64,000 nucleotides of DNA from Squalus acanthias (lineage: Eukaryota). Position 1 is the stretch's first letter; each line of letters opens with the position of its first letter. The stretch lies in assembly GCA_030390025.1 (NCBI GenBank), contig CM059432.1, positions 77,564,001 to 77,628,000 on the forward strand, read 5' to 3'. The notes below the pieces were generated by a model. It had not been told where the DNA came from. It saw only the letters and a list, made by a program, of their open reading frames with translations, and did no database searches. A program made the translations under genes and the position numbers. Below are positions 1 to 12,312 of the stretch, in pieces.

Positions 1-2769
1 CCTGTGCTCCTTGCCCTCTCTACCTCCTAATAGATTCAACTCCCTAACACGCCCACCAGCTGTGCTCCACTCCTCAACCACTCCACTCTTCACTGCTCCT
101 CAGCAACTTCCCCCCCCCCCCCCCACCCCCACCCGATGCAATGTGCTCCCAGCTCCTCCCCAGTTCCCCACTGTGTGCTGTTCTCTGGCTCAGAATGAGA
201 GCATGCTAAACATCATAACTGTGCTCTAGATCCCAATGCACCAACAAGGAACACTACAGATTAGTATATTTTTAAATACATCTACCTTTGTTGATGTGGT
301 TTCATTCATAAACAGACAGCCTCATCTGCAACAGTACAAAATATCCCTTTGAACAACTGCTTTAACACCAAAAAGTCAGCTACATGTACAGAGGAATGAA
401 TTTTCCCACTATTCATACCCACTGCTAGGTTTTCTCATCTGAATTGAATCTGAAACGGAACCCGAATTGAAGCATTAAGTCACCCAAACTGGGTTAACTT
501 CAGATATTTTTGAATTGACCTGAAGTGGCCCAATCCATGTAAAACAGATCTAAAATTCAGGTTAGCACTGAACGCCGCTTATGTTTAAAATCTGGAACTC
601 TGACTGCACCAGCATGCATTTCATCACCATCTCTACCAGTTCCTTGCTGATTGAAGAAAACGTCTGTGTGGCATTTGATCACATTCTTCTTCGGAAATGC
701 TGTCGTCGGTGATTTGTATATTTAACCCCAGTAAGTTCTAACCACTGTATCATATAAAAATATAGCAACAAGCATGAGACATACTAGTGTTTCATGAGTA
801 GTTACATAGTGGAGACAAATTCCTACAGTTTGTCCTTTTTATCTATTTATACTCAGCTACAATGGGGTAAACAGTGGGGAGCCCTGTCTGCACTGTGTCT
901 CTTTGTATGTTCAGGACTTCATATCCTGGGGCAGTGGATTGCTTTTTAGGGCAACAGACGGCTATCTGTAAACATTTGACCACTCGTCAAGCTTCATTGC
1001 TGCAAACAGAATGACACAAATGAGCCTGTGGTCGCTGTTGTGCTTATGGCACAGAGAAAATCCATTACATCTCTTTGCAAAATACCAAGTGCAGCAGCAC
1101 TGAAACTGAGCAACTCCATAAATAACCTTAACAATAACAACCTCACGTCTTTACATTTATACAATTTCACAACCCGACAGTTGCTGAATATTGTTACTGA
1201 CGCTAACATTATTATGATTTGATCACTAATGCATGAGGTTATATACACATTGCATTAAAAAGATCGTAAGACTGGATGGCACCTTAATGCTAAGGCTTTG
1301 TAGCTTTGTTGAAAACGACAGCAAAAAAAACACATTTTTATGTTGTGCTTCACAATCATTCAGAACTGAAAGAAGAGATCTGTGCAGTTCGAAAAAGTCA
1401 TGTGCAATGTTTTATTCTTTCACAGGCACAACTTCTGTTTAAACCAGGTGCCCCTGGCCGGCACTAACCAATCTATCAGTTTATTTGGTGACTTTGCTAT
1501 TTCCATGTTTTAAAACAATTCTTATTGAAGTGTAAAACAATTGACCTTTGTTCTTATGAATAAATAGCAATTTAGATAAAACACACAATATTTGTAGAAT
1601 AACAGATATCAGAGCGAGATACAAAACTATGATCTAATCTTGGAATATATCATAAACTGCAAGATTAAATAAGGATGAGAGTAGTACTTGTTAGTCTATG
1701 CAGCCAAATTTTAAAACAATGTTTCGGTTAATAGAGGAGATAAATATAATGACCTTGGTGCAGTGGTAGGATACTGCGATATTGTGTGAAAATATCAAAG
1801 ACATGCTCAATAACTTTAAAAAACAATCTTGGTTTATTTTATTAAACCTCTCACAATGGGACAGTTCAGCCACAATAATAAAAGGTTGGGGCTGAGCAGC
1901 TGGAGCATCCTTCTGCTTTGCTAAATGAGTCTGGAGCTTGGAAATATAATTTGCAACTGTAACATCAGACAGATGAGCACTGCTGTAGCATCAGTCCATG
2001 AAAGTTCACCCCCAGACCTTCTCGGCACATATTAAACACCTGATCTAAGTATGCAAGGTATTGTGTTCTCAGAACTGCAACCAAACCAAACTGAACGACC
2101 AGAAGGCAGCAGCAAGAGAAGTGGAAGGAAACAGCTGTCCTCTGCTAAAGGCTCCCCTGAAGTCTGTAAAAGTTGCTGCTTCAAGGAGTTTAAACATACC
2201 TGACTGACCAATAATTGAAAGGCAGATTAGCATCTCTTTAACTCAGTCAAGAAAAAGGACAGGCTTCAGAATGAGGCAACTTAGAACAAGAAGCAAAAGG
2301 TTATACCAAAAAGCATGCATTATTCATAATAACTGAAACAAGAACACAACATGTCCTGGATATGGCAGAGTGCCACAAACATTCTTGAATTTCCAGGTTT
2401 ATCTCTGAATTTCCAGGATCAATCCTGAACTTACCTCATTGCTCTGATCTCCAGATTGGTGCAGCTTTGTCCCTGTTTGAAGACAACCATGGCACAAAAT
2501 GCCTTACTGTTGCACTGAAACAAAGTTTTCTCCCTAATTCAGGCTTGTCTCCATGGAAAATGTGCCATGCATATGCAAGCCAGCACTCTCAATACACTGA
2601 ATGGAGTATTTCATAAATTAACAATGGGTAGAACAATGCCTTTGGCTATTGAAATTGAGGTTTTAATCTTGGGTTATCCATTAGCAGTTTTATAAAATGA
2701 ATATTAAAAATGGGTGAACTGATCTTAAGGATGCTGCACCATATAAACAGATAGTAATTCCCAAACTCT

Positions 2770-3525
2770 GGCCGCGATTTTATCAATGGAGGCGGGTTGG
2801 GTGCGGGTCAGGTGGTTTCCGGCTTCCAGTCCCACCCCCAGCTGCATCTGGCACACAGATGTGATTTTGTCTTGATTGACCTTGTTAAGCCCGCCCTGCG
2901 GGCGTGCCGGCTGATTAAGAGGAAGTGGGTCAGATGATGTCATTTGATGACGCGTCATCTGCCGGTTTCCTTAAAGGGACCACGTACAATTTTTTTTGAC
3001 AGTTGATTTCTCAGTGTTTGACAGCATTGAGGTGCTGCAAACACTGACAATCACTGCACCCAGGCTCTCCAATGACTCCTTCCATAGGCTGGAATAGATG
3101 GCAGCTGCAGGTGAGGTGACAGAAGCGATCTGTCACTGGTGAGAGAAGTTCTCCCAATGACATGGCACTGGACATGGATTTAAAAACTTGTAACCTAAAG
3201 AAAAGTGTAAATATATTAAAAATGCAGTTCCCAACATTTTCTTGCCTCTGAGACTCACCATGTGCAACATTGGATCCTTCACACCAATTCTGCAGCTGTC
3301 ATCAATCCAGAAACATTACAGCAGACTCACAACACGCCACACTTACCTGGCGTGGTATCCGGACATCGGGAAACCCGAGCCAGAAGCGGCAAAATTCAAA
3401 ACTAGGCTGTCAACTACTAGCAACCACCTGTTAATAGGCAGGTAATTGCCTTTAATCCTCTTCCTGCCGCTAGGTGTCGGGTCCATGCGCAAATCGGGGA
3501 CCCGACACTTGGGAAAATTGGGAGG
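2770..3525. mobile_element. Harbinger-type non-autonomous element (MITE), right end poorly defined
   Basis: Starts GGCCGCGATTTT (Harbinger-like terminus). Internal sequence such as ccttgttaagcccgccctgcggg is the reverse complement of sequence in the TSD-bounded element at 18012-18855. Confidence 0.6.
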
Positions 3526-3539
3526 GGGAGGCCATCGAA

Positions 3540-3836
3540 GGATTTAAACACATGGATGCAACTTTTAAATTGGAAGCATTGGGGGACTGGAAGCTAATGT
3601 AGGTCAGGAGGGAGAGGGGTGATGGGTGAGTGGGACCTCGTGCAAGATTGGATACAGGTAGCAGTTTTGAATTAACTAAAATTAATGGAAGGTGGAGAAT
3701 GCGAGGCTGGTCAGGGGAACATTTGAATAATTGAGTCTAATGGTGATAAAGGCATGGATGAGGGTGTCAGGAGCAGATGGGCTACAGGTAAGGGCTGAGC
3801 TAGGGGCTGAGCTGGCAATGTTACGGAGGTGGAAGT
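3540..3836 (-). mobile_element. Old L2-like LINE fragment
   Basis: Resembles remembered L2 ORF2 3' region on the minus strand; no intact ORF. Confidence 0.35.
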
Positions 3837-4310
3837 AGATTGGGTGACTGCTTTGCGGAACACCTCTGTTCAGTCCGCAAGCGTGACCCTGAGCTTCCGG
3901 TCGCCTGTCACTTCAATTCTCCGCCCCACTCCCACTCTGACCTCTCTGTCCTCGGCCTCCTACACTGTTCCAACGAAGCTCAACGTAAGCTCGAGGAACA
4001 GCACCTCATCTTTCAATGAGACACTTTACAGCCTTTTGGACTCGGTGCCGGTTAATAAAGAGTTTCCTGTACAATCATACCTTTTGTCTTTTAATCTCTC
4101 CTGCCTTCCACCCTATCACAGACCTTCCCTTTTGTTCTTTCCTCCCCTCCCCCCTTCACCTGCCTCTGCACTTGCTTAAAATCTGTTACATCTCCAACTT
4201 TTTCCAGTTCTGACGAATGGTCATCGACCTGAAATGTTAACTCTGTTTCTCTCTCCACAGATGCTGCCTTACCTGCTGAGTATTTCCAGCATTTTCTGTT
4301 TTTATTTCAA
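3837..4310 (+). mobile_element. Penelope-like element 3' fragment (GIY-YIG endonuclease C-terminus plus terminal region)
   Basis: Frame from 3852 reads FAEHLCSVRKRDPELPVACHFNSPPHSHSDLSVLGLLHCSNEAQRKLEEQHLIFQ*DTLQP, matching the EH...HF...LE pattern of Penelope GIY-YIG domains. It is followed by a pyrimidine-rich tail shared with 19924-20053 and 30991-31196. Confidence 0.8.
4206..4242 (+). ncRNA. Minimal type I hammerhead ribozyme motif (Penelope-associated)
   Basis: AGTT-CTGACGA-atGGTC atc GACCt-GAAA-tg-TT-AACT: conserved core boxes, stem II GGTC/GACC, stem I AGTT/AACT. The ACGT stem III palindrome is mutated to ATGT. Confidence 0.7.
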
Positions 4311-4981
4311 AATCTGGGATTAGTTTAGAATGTCAGTGTCATTTTGACGAGCTGTCAGTAACAGTGATTTGAACACTGGACAAAAATGTGCTGGTATAAC
4401 ATTGATACTACATCTGTTAGTCCTTCTTCTAAACACACTGCCAGTAATAGGCTCCAAACTGTTCCACATAACACTTTCACACTCCATGAGTGGGAGATTG
4501 GGTTAAAGTGATGAAAACCAAGATATACTTTCATATCAATGCCAAAAATAACATGTGACACACAATGTAAAAAAATCAATTGGCAGAACCTTAAAGAAGA
4601 GCTTCACTAATACTGCCTTAAAATTTGGACTTAGATCAGCTTTGGATTTGTTTTGAAGAGAGATGAATTTTAGGCGCTTTAGCTAAGTCTGAGGCTGAAA
4701 TTTGAACTTATTCAAATGCTCATTTTCAGCATGTTTTAAACTGGTTTTAACAGCAGAATTATGACATGACTACCCTGTTATCACCAATTTCCCATCCGGT
4801 ACAATCCTCTTAACCTCGATCCTTTGTTTTCCGCATCTTCATCCCACCATAATTTTGTAATTTTTCTCTCTAGCTTGAAGACAATGGGAGAACAAGAAGA
4901 CAATATACATAGGAAGGTGAGGAAATAGCCCACAATGGTTCATGCAATGGAAGAATACTCAGGGATGTGGTTACAAACAAT

Positions 4982-5681
4982 GGGGGGGGCAGGGGGTTTT
5001 CATGTGCACACGAAAAATGGGTAGGCAGTGGGCGGAGTCAAAGGAATCTGTGCTATTTTCAGGATCGCCCCTCATTAACATGCAGTTGGTGAGCTGCCAA
5101 TGTGAAACACGCTCTCCATAGGCAGCAGGCTGATTTGGAGACAGGAAATAGGGCAGTGGGCCGCTTGTCGAGGGCCTGCTACAGCAGCTTAAAAGAGGAG
5201 GTCTATTTTTATGTTGGGAACAGAGAGAAGCAACACTCTGGAGCAGCAGGCAACGTGTGTACAGAACCTACAGCAGCAACTTTCAAATACATTACGGTGG
5301 AAAACCCACAAGCGACTGCCATAAATATGTCTCCAAAAGCTCCATTCAACTTTGCCCGACGCCATCTGAGGTACACTTTAAATATCGCTCAAAATGGCCG
5401 CTCCTGACTTGAACTGCCCATGATTGATGAGTGGGAGCAGGAACTAGTAGTAGTCAGGCAACAATTGACAAAAGTGGCTCAAGGGTCTAAATGACATCAC
5501 TTGATGAGGCTCCTACTGGTTTCCGACGTGAGCTGTGGCCGCCAGGGTTCATGTCCATCCAAAAATTGGAACAGATGTCAAAGCAGTGACAGTGGGCAGG
5601 TTTAGCAACCGTTTCATTTAAGTTTGCTATTGACCCATTGTTAAGCACAAAAGGGACAGCAGTGAGATGAAAATCACCCAC
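4982..5681. mobile_element. Old Harbinger-type MITE
   Basis: G-rich left end, right end AAAATCACCCAC, flanked by AAT on both sides; TIRs degenerate. Confidence 0.4.
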
Positions 5682-6677
5682 AATGGGTATACTTTGCTCT
5701 GCATGTAACGCTTAAACAAAATGATGACTAAACTGGGAAACTTCCCAAGATAAGTCACGAGAATTTTTCTTTATTCACGTAAAGCAAAATATATCCAGAT
5801 ATATTTTATTTCTATGGCGTGGTGTATATCAGCTCAGAACACAAGCCTGCCAGCTACAGAGTATTATCAATTTTAACCAGCTTATTACTTAACCAGAAGC
5901 TCTGCTGATAATGTAGCTCTTTATTCAAATACACTGGGAAAACATTTTTTGCAGTAATGGGTTCAAGTCTGCACAAACCCAACAGCACAATTGCATACCA
6001 TGAAACAGAAATGAGTGCAAAATGATTCTGAAGCTTATCATGGTATATGGATCTTAAATCTGTTTTGGCAAAAGAAACCACTGCATAATTTTCCTTTTTA
6101 TCATAAATTACAGATCTGTTGCACAGTGCAAATATTGCAGAGCTGTAAGACAGCTGTGTCCCATTAAAATGTGTAATGGTCACTGATTTCTTACAGCACA
6201 TGGTCATCAGGCTGAATCCGCAGCCAGTAATTAAGAAGATGAAATGTTTAATTGTGCTTTAATTTTGATAAAATTTATCTGTCACACATCCTGTAATCAG
6301 GTATTATGCTCACAAATCAATGTCATTGGACTTGAGTGGTGATGGAGGCAGCAGATTCTCTCTCCTGACAGATTCATTTGAATGTCAAACTACCCTGTTA
6401 AGCAATCACAGCAGTGCCGAAATGTCAATTGCTGCACAGTCTGTGACATACTTGGTAGAGAACAGTCCCTTTAACACTTGAAGAGACAATGGGGGTGATT
6501 TTTGTCGGCTCCTTTAGGCGCTAAAGAGCCTCCGAGGTGGCCAAGATGGGGTCTTGAGCTGAAACGCTAGTTTAGCCCGTGTTTAGCGCAAGACACCATC
6601 TTGGTTAAGAAGTGGACGTGCACGCTAGGAACGGCCGCCCGGAGGATCGTTAACTTCTCTTCTTTCCCTCCTTGCAG

Positions 6678-8216
6678 GAGAAACAACCACACAACAACAG
6701 GGAGAGGGAGAGAACCAGAGGTGGCCCTCCATCATTCGCCACGTTGACAGGGAGAGGGAGAGAACCAGAGGTGGCCCTCCATCATTCGCCACGTTGACAG
6801 GGAGAGGGAGAGAACCAGAGGTGGCCCTCCATCATTCGCCACATTGACAGGGAGAGGGAGAGAACCAGAGGTGGCCCTCCATCATTCGCCACGTTGACAG
6901 GGAGAGGGAGAGAACCGGAGGTGGCCCTCCATCATTCGCCACGTTGACAGGGAGAGGGAGAGAACCGGAGGTGGCCCTCCATCATTCGCCACGTTGACTC
7001 CAGCAGAGGAGGTCGCCCTGGAGGTGTCAAGAGTTGCAGAGCTGCTGGCGGTGGGAGACGGCGAGAGGGGGGCCTCTCAGCAACCTGGTGACTGAATTAC
7101 ATCTCATACAGACACATGGCATACAACAGTCACTCATATGGGGACTGATGTCAGCAGCCAGTGAATGTTCATCATGTGCCTAATGGTATCGTTCACCATT
7201 CTTAATATAACATTTCTAAATCATCTCTTTACTCTCCCACAGGTCCATCAAGAGCCCCCCCTCCCACACTGTCCAGCCGGAGGAGGAAGAGGACTCCTCA
7301 GAGGAGCCTCCAGCCTCTGAGGGCGCAGTGTCACCTGACCTAAGCGCACCCAGCACCAGCGCAGATACGCACGCCTCGGTGGGTCCTATGCGAGAGAGAG
7401 TAGTGTTGTCACCTGGTGTCTCACAAGTCACAGGTGAGCAAGAGGAGATGGTGGAGATGGACAGCAGTGGAGACTCCTCGCCTGAGGACACAGGACGCTC
7501 CCAGCTCTGCTCAGCAGCATGCAGACGCTGAGCCTCGGGGGCCATCCAGAAAGAGGGCGATCCTGGAGGTGCAGGAAGAAGTGCAGGAGGCTCTGACAGG
7601 TTTTGCGGCCGCGATGTCTGCAAATGTGCAGAGAATGGAGGAGTCCATCTCCAACATGAGCACCACCGTGTTGCAGGCGATGGCGACTGTAGGCTCTTCC
7701 ATGGATAGGATGGCCACCTGCATGGAGCAGCTAATGCGCTACTCACAGGAGCACATGCTAGCTGTGGACAACAGATGGCAGAGGCTCATAGACCTCCTCA
7801 CTAGGAGGGATGTAAATGTAGACTTGGGTATTCATCGCCCCACTGCTGTGCAGCAAGGTGCTCTCCAGCTCCTTGCTAGCAGGGATGTGTGGGTGGCCCA
7901 TGAGAGAGAGATGATGGTAAGAGGGAACATGGAAGTGGGGGTTCCTCTCAAAGCACACCCACTTCCCCATTGCCTACCCCTCAGTCAGAGCCCTAGATGC
8001 CTCCTCGAATCGTGTTGGCCGAGTCTGCCCCTGCACAGTCGCAGGAGCAGCAACCTTTAACGGGGCCATCACAGGCTCCAAAACCCAGAGGATGTCTGCC
8101 AAAAGTGTCTACGCAGTCGCAGCAGGGAAGTGAGTAGGCTGCCTCTACCTCTGCTGAAGCCACAGGGATAGCACCTCGTAGAAGCACACATAAATGAAAA
8201 ATGACACAGAAGTAGA
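6678..8216 (+). pseudogene. Harbinger Myb/SANT-like protein gene, exons 2-3, frameshifted
   Basis: Acceptor cttgcag|6678 EKQPHNNRERERT..., donor after 7087, acceptor cccacag|7243. Homologous to the exons at 58451-58609 and 58762-59719. Confidence 0.8.
6697..6998 (+). repeat. 50-bp tandem repeat, 6 near-perfect copies, inside Myb exon 2
   Basis: Unit acagggagagggagagaacc(a/g)gaggtggccctccatcattcgccacgttg repeated at exactly 50-bp period. Confidence 0.97.
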
Positions 8217-8257
8217 TGCACAAGGGTATGCACATGGGTGTTTAAAGAAGTGTTATT

Positions 8258-9019
8258 GGGCCAGAAATTCGGTTTTCCAGCTTCCTGCGGGTGCAAGCAT
8301 CGCGCGCGTACTTACCTACCGCGCCTGCCGTTGTGTTTTGGGCCCACGAGAACTTCGGGTCCTGGGCCTCCTCCAGCTGCCGGCGCGCAGTGCTTGCGTG
8401 TCCAGGGGCGCAGTTAGTTCGAAGCGTCCCCTGGGATCACGTGGGCCATGGAGAGCCAATCGGAGCAGGGCATTTTCATTCATAGATTTGACAGGAAGAC
8501 CTGTCAAATCTATGAATTGAAATCGGCCCCAAAACCACACTTAAACTTCAAATAAATTTAAAAATAACATCACATTTTTAAAATAACTATAAGTTAAATA
8601 AATTAACTACTTTAAACAAAAATTTAAATTTTTGAAAAAATTAAAATACTTTTTAACGGTGCTAAAAATAAACTTACCTTTCTTTAAAGTATCTAAAAAA
8701 GATAAACCTGTTGAAAAAATGTTTAAATTGTAATTAATTAACCACTTACCTTGTTAAAAACAGGGCCTTGCGCCTCCTTTTTAAAAGCGCAGCTTCTTCA
8801 TACTTACCCTCCCAGAGAAACCTGAAAAAAAAACGAAGTTCGCTGCGTGCGCGCTGCCTCTACCGCGCACGCGGTTCACCTCTAAACGCCTCCCTTCACG
8901 AGACCGGAAGTTCCGGTTTCCCGCGCATGCGCAGTGCATGCAGGAAACCGGCACTTCAAGTGGCCTTACGGGTGAGTACACAGCGCATACTCACCCGACA
9001 AGAGCCGAATTTCTGGGCC
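8258..9019. mobile_element. Harbinger-type MITE inserted in copy B
   Basis: TIRs GGGCCAGAAATTCGG / GGCCCAGAAATTCGG (rc); CpG-rich ends and AT-rich core; interrupts the Myb 3' UTR. TSD not clean. Confidence 0.8.
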
Positions 9020-9374
9020 AACGAAGTGGTATTGTATCCGTTACTGTTATGACACATTTAAAACTATTTATTTTCACCACTTTCTGTTTTTGTCTGCTAC
9101 TTTGGAAGTGGCTTAGTGAGTTGGAGTGAATAGTGAGACATAACGTTACCTCCAGCAATGGCGGGTCAGTGTGAAAGGAATGGCTTGGTCATTGTAGGGA
9201 TGCTTTATGATGCTGTTGTGGGGGTGATGGGGGGGAACCTGGCACGACATGTGGCAGCCATATGGGTGTAATGCAGGAAGTTAAGTAAATCTGGCCATGA
9301 TGAAGTCATCCCTGGCCTCCTGGGCAGCAATGTACTTTGGTGCTGCTGGCATCTGGACCTCAGGTTCCTCATGG

Positions 9375-9751
9375 CCCCACTGATGTGCAGCAAGGTGCTC
9401 TCCAGCTCCTTGCTAGCAGGGAAGTGCAGATGGCCCATGAGAGGGATGACGGTGAGAGGGGACATGCAAGTGGGGCTCTGCTCAAAGTGTTTACACTTCT
9501 CGCCGTTGCCACCCCCTCAGTCAGAGCCCCAGATGGCTCCTCAGATCCCGATGGGCAAGTCTACCCCTGCACAGTGGCAGGAGGAGCAGACTTTGGCGGG
9601 GCCATCACAGACTCCAAAACCCAGAGGACATCCGCCAAGAGTGTCTAAGCAGTCACAGCAGGGAAGTGAGGAGGCTGCCTCTACCTCTGCTGAAGCCACA
9701 GGGGTAGCACTTTGTAGAAGGATGCGGAAGAGAAAGATGGCACGCAAGTAG
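9375..9751 (+). pseudogene. Second copy of Myb-like gene 3' end
   Basis: Diverged duplicate of 7838-8216 (QQGALQLLASR...AGPSQTPKPRGHPPRVSKQSQQGSE). Confidence 0.8.
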
Positions 9752-10049
9752 ATTCACAAGGGTAGCCACTTGGGTGTTATAGTCAATGTTAATGTCAAGT
9801 TTACGTTAATGTGGTGTCAACCATAAAAATCTTTATTTTCACCACTTTCCCATCTTGGACACATTTGTGTGCACCTTTGGAAGTGGCTTAGTGAGTTGCA
9901 GTGAATGGTGAGACATAACGGTACCTCCAGCAATGGGGGTCAGTGTGAAAGGAATGGCTTGGTTATCGTAGGGATCCTTTATGGTGTTGCTGTGGGCTGG
10001 TGCCAACCTGGCGCAGCATGTGGCAGCCATATGGGTGTCCTGCGTAAAG

Positions 10050-11281
10050 TTAAGTAAATCTGGCCATGATGAGGCCATCCCTGGTCTCCCGGGCATCAAT
10101 GTGCTCGGGTGCTGATGGGATCTGGCCCGCAGGTTCCTCCAGCTCCTGCTCCTCCTTATCTTCCAGCTGATGCTCCTCTTCCTCCTCCTGCTCCTCCTCC
10201 TCTGAAGAGGCTGCTTGTTCTGTGCCTTTCTCCTCATGCAGCGCTATCCTCGCTGCTGCACTATGTTGTGCAGGGCGTGGCATACCACATCGATTCTGGA
10301 GACCCTGGCTGGTGCGTACTGAAGGGCTACTCCAGATCTGTCAAGGCATCTGAAGCGCATTTTCAGCATGCCTATTGTCTGCTCTATGACACATCTGGTG
10401 GACATGTGGCTTTCATTGTATCTCTCCTGGGCCTCACTACTTGGCCTCCTCAAGAGTTTCTTCAGTGGATAGCCCTTGTCTCAAAGCAGCCAGCCGGAAA
10501 GTCTGTTTGGAAGAGCGAAGAGCTGAGGGAGGGTGGACTGGCGAAGGAGGAAAGAGTCATGACAGCTGCCAGGGAAATTGGCACACACATGCATGATGAT
10601 CTTCTATGGTTGCAGACCAGCTGCACATTGAGGGAGTGGAAGCCCTTGTGGTTGACAAAGACTCCTGGGTTATGTTGGGGTACCTTGATGGCCACATGTA
10701 TGCAGTCGATGATGCCCTGCACTCATGGGAAGCCAGCCAGAGTGGCAAAGCCAAGAGCCCGCTCAGTAACACTGGCTTCATCAGTGGCAAAGTTGATATA
10801 ATTGGCTGACTTGTCAAAGAGGGCATCGGTGACCTGTGTGATGCATCTGTGGGCAGCCGACTGTGAGATGCCGCAAATGTCTGCTGCAGATCCCTGGAAG
10901 GAGCCTGAGACGAAAAAGTTGAGGGCGCTGGTGACTTTAATAGCCACTGGTAAGGCGTGTCCACCCACTCCTCTGGGCTGCAGGTCTTGCTCGAGCAATG
11001 TCTGCGACAACCTGGCGCGATAGCCTGAGCCTCCTTTGGCACTGCTGCTCAGTCATGTTGAGGAAGCTCATCCTCTGCCTGTATGCCCTGTGTTGGGGGT
11101 ATCACCTCTGGCACGGTGCAGCCCTGCACTGATGCCCTCTGTCCTGTGCAGCATCAGGTCGTTGAGGAGAAGGTTGGTGGTGTTGCTGTTGCTGCGTTTG
11201 GTGTGCCTGGTGCTGCTGGTGTTGGGGCTCATCATGGTCTGATTCTGAGGACCAAGAAGAGACAGTATAAACGGCACCCAT
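10050..11281 (-). pseudogene. Harbinger (HARBI1-like) DDE transposase, frameshifted
   Basis: ORF pieces: [62 protein letters not shown], ending GLIMARFT*; several frameshifts. Confidence 0.92.
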
Positions 11282-12312
11282 GCTGATGAAATAGATGGCA
11301 GGTCAAGTAGAGATCAGAGGAGCAAGCTGTCAATGGTGCGTTAGGTTGTAACAATGAGGTGAGACTGGATGATGACTTTGCTGGAAACACTTGCAGCCTG
11401 TAGAAAGCTAAATGTGTGCTGGGAATACAGTCAGCAACAGCTTCTGCCCGAGGAAAGTGACCAACTATGAGGTGGGAGGTTTTATAGTTCATTACTGCTG
11501 TCATCTAATCAGCTGGAGCAATGACCACTCAACTCCCACCTCAGGCTGACAGACATGGTTCCCGAGCTGCGTGAATCCCCTGGTCATGCAGGGAAATTCA
11601 ATAGGTAGGCTAAAAAAGGCGCTTAAGGGTCTGACAAATACCTGTTAATGATTTGAATTAGGTCGCCCGCCTCTGCCGGTCGGGTCGCTGCTGCACTGGC
11701 AAACGCGCCCGATGGAAAGGCGTGTAGGGGTGGGATGACAGCGTGTTCCCGACCCGCTCCAACTTATTTCAAATTTCCCAGCTGACCCGCCTCCAATCGT
11801 GCCTGCACAGACCCCAGAAAATTCTGGCCGAAGTCTCCATTATAAACAGAATATTTGGATGGATATCAGAGATTGTAGTACTAGTTTTAAAATTGTCCAA
11901 ACTATTAAGTGGATTTCGGCAGCAACCATTCAAACTCCGGGTGAAGCATGTGTCATTCTGGCAAATAATCTTATGGATGCAAGAATTCAATAACTGGTCT
12001 ACTAGACAAAGAGCTGTGCAGTATGAATAGTTACACAAACAACCTGATAAGAAGGGTTACCCGATTTTCCTTGCTGCATTCTTGCAGTGCTAGACTACTG
12101 TAACAGTTTAGGCTTGTTGGGCCAAATGGCCTCTTTCTGTGCTGTAATTCTATGTAAAAGATTAAAGTCAACAAAGATAACATTCCTGCACAAGTCAGCT
12201 ACCCTACTTTACACACTACCTACATAACAGCATTTTATCTTTTAAAAAGCATGAAGCATTTAAATGACATGGATTATGAAGACTTTATTTGCTTAAAGGG
12301 AAACTACCACCA

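Larger units (their letters stand above)
6654..11829. mobile_element. Degenerate, rearranged PIF/Harbinger transposon (family 2, copy B), 5'-truncated
   Basis: Myb-like exons on +, transposase pseudogene on -, right terminus AAAATTCTGGCC at 11829; colinear with 57573-61776. A Harbinger-like left end of unrelated sequence (GGGGGTGATTTT, 6491) abuts it. Confidence 0.9.

Noticed and set aside
994..1442. Short ORFs in unique DNA as host exons (also 5854-6207, 16545-17027, 49262-49450, 63478-63838)
   Set aside because: No recognisable protein similarity, non-ATG starts in several, and no consistent splice chain.
6697..6998. CRISPR-like array
   Set aside because: Units are contiguous and near-identical with no unique spacers; the unit is Harbinger Myb exon sequence in a eukaryotic context.
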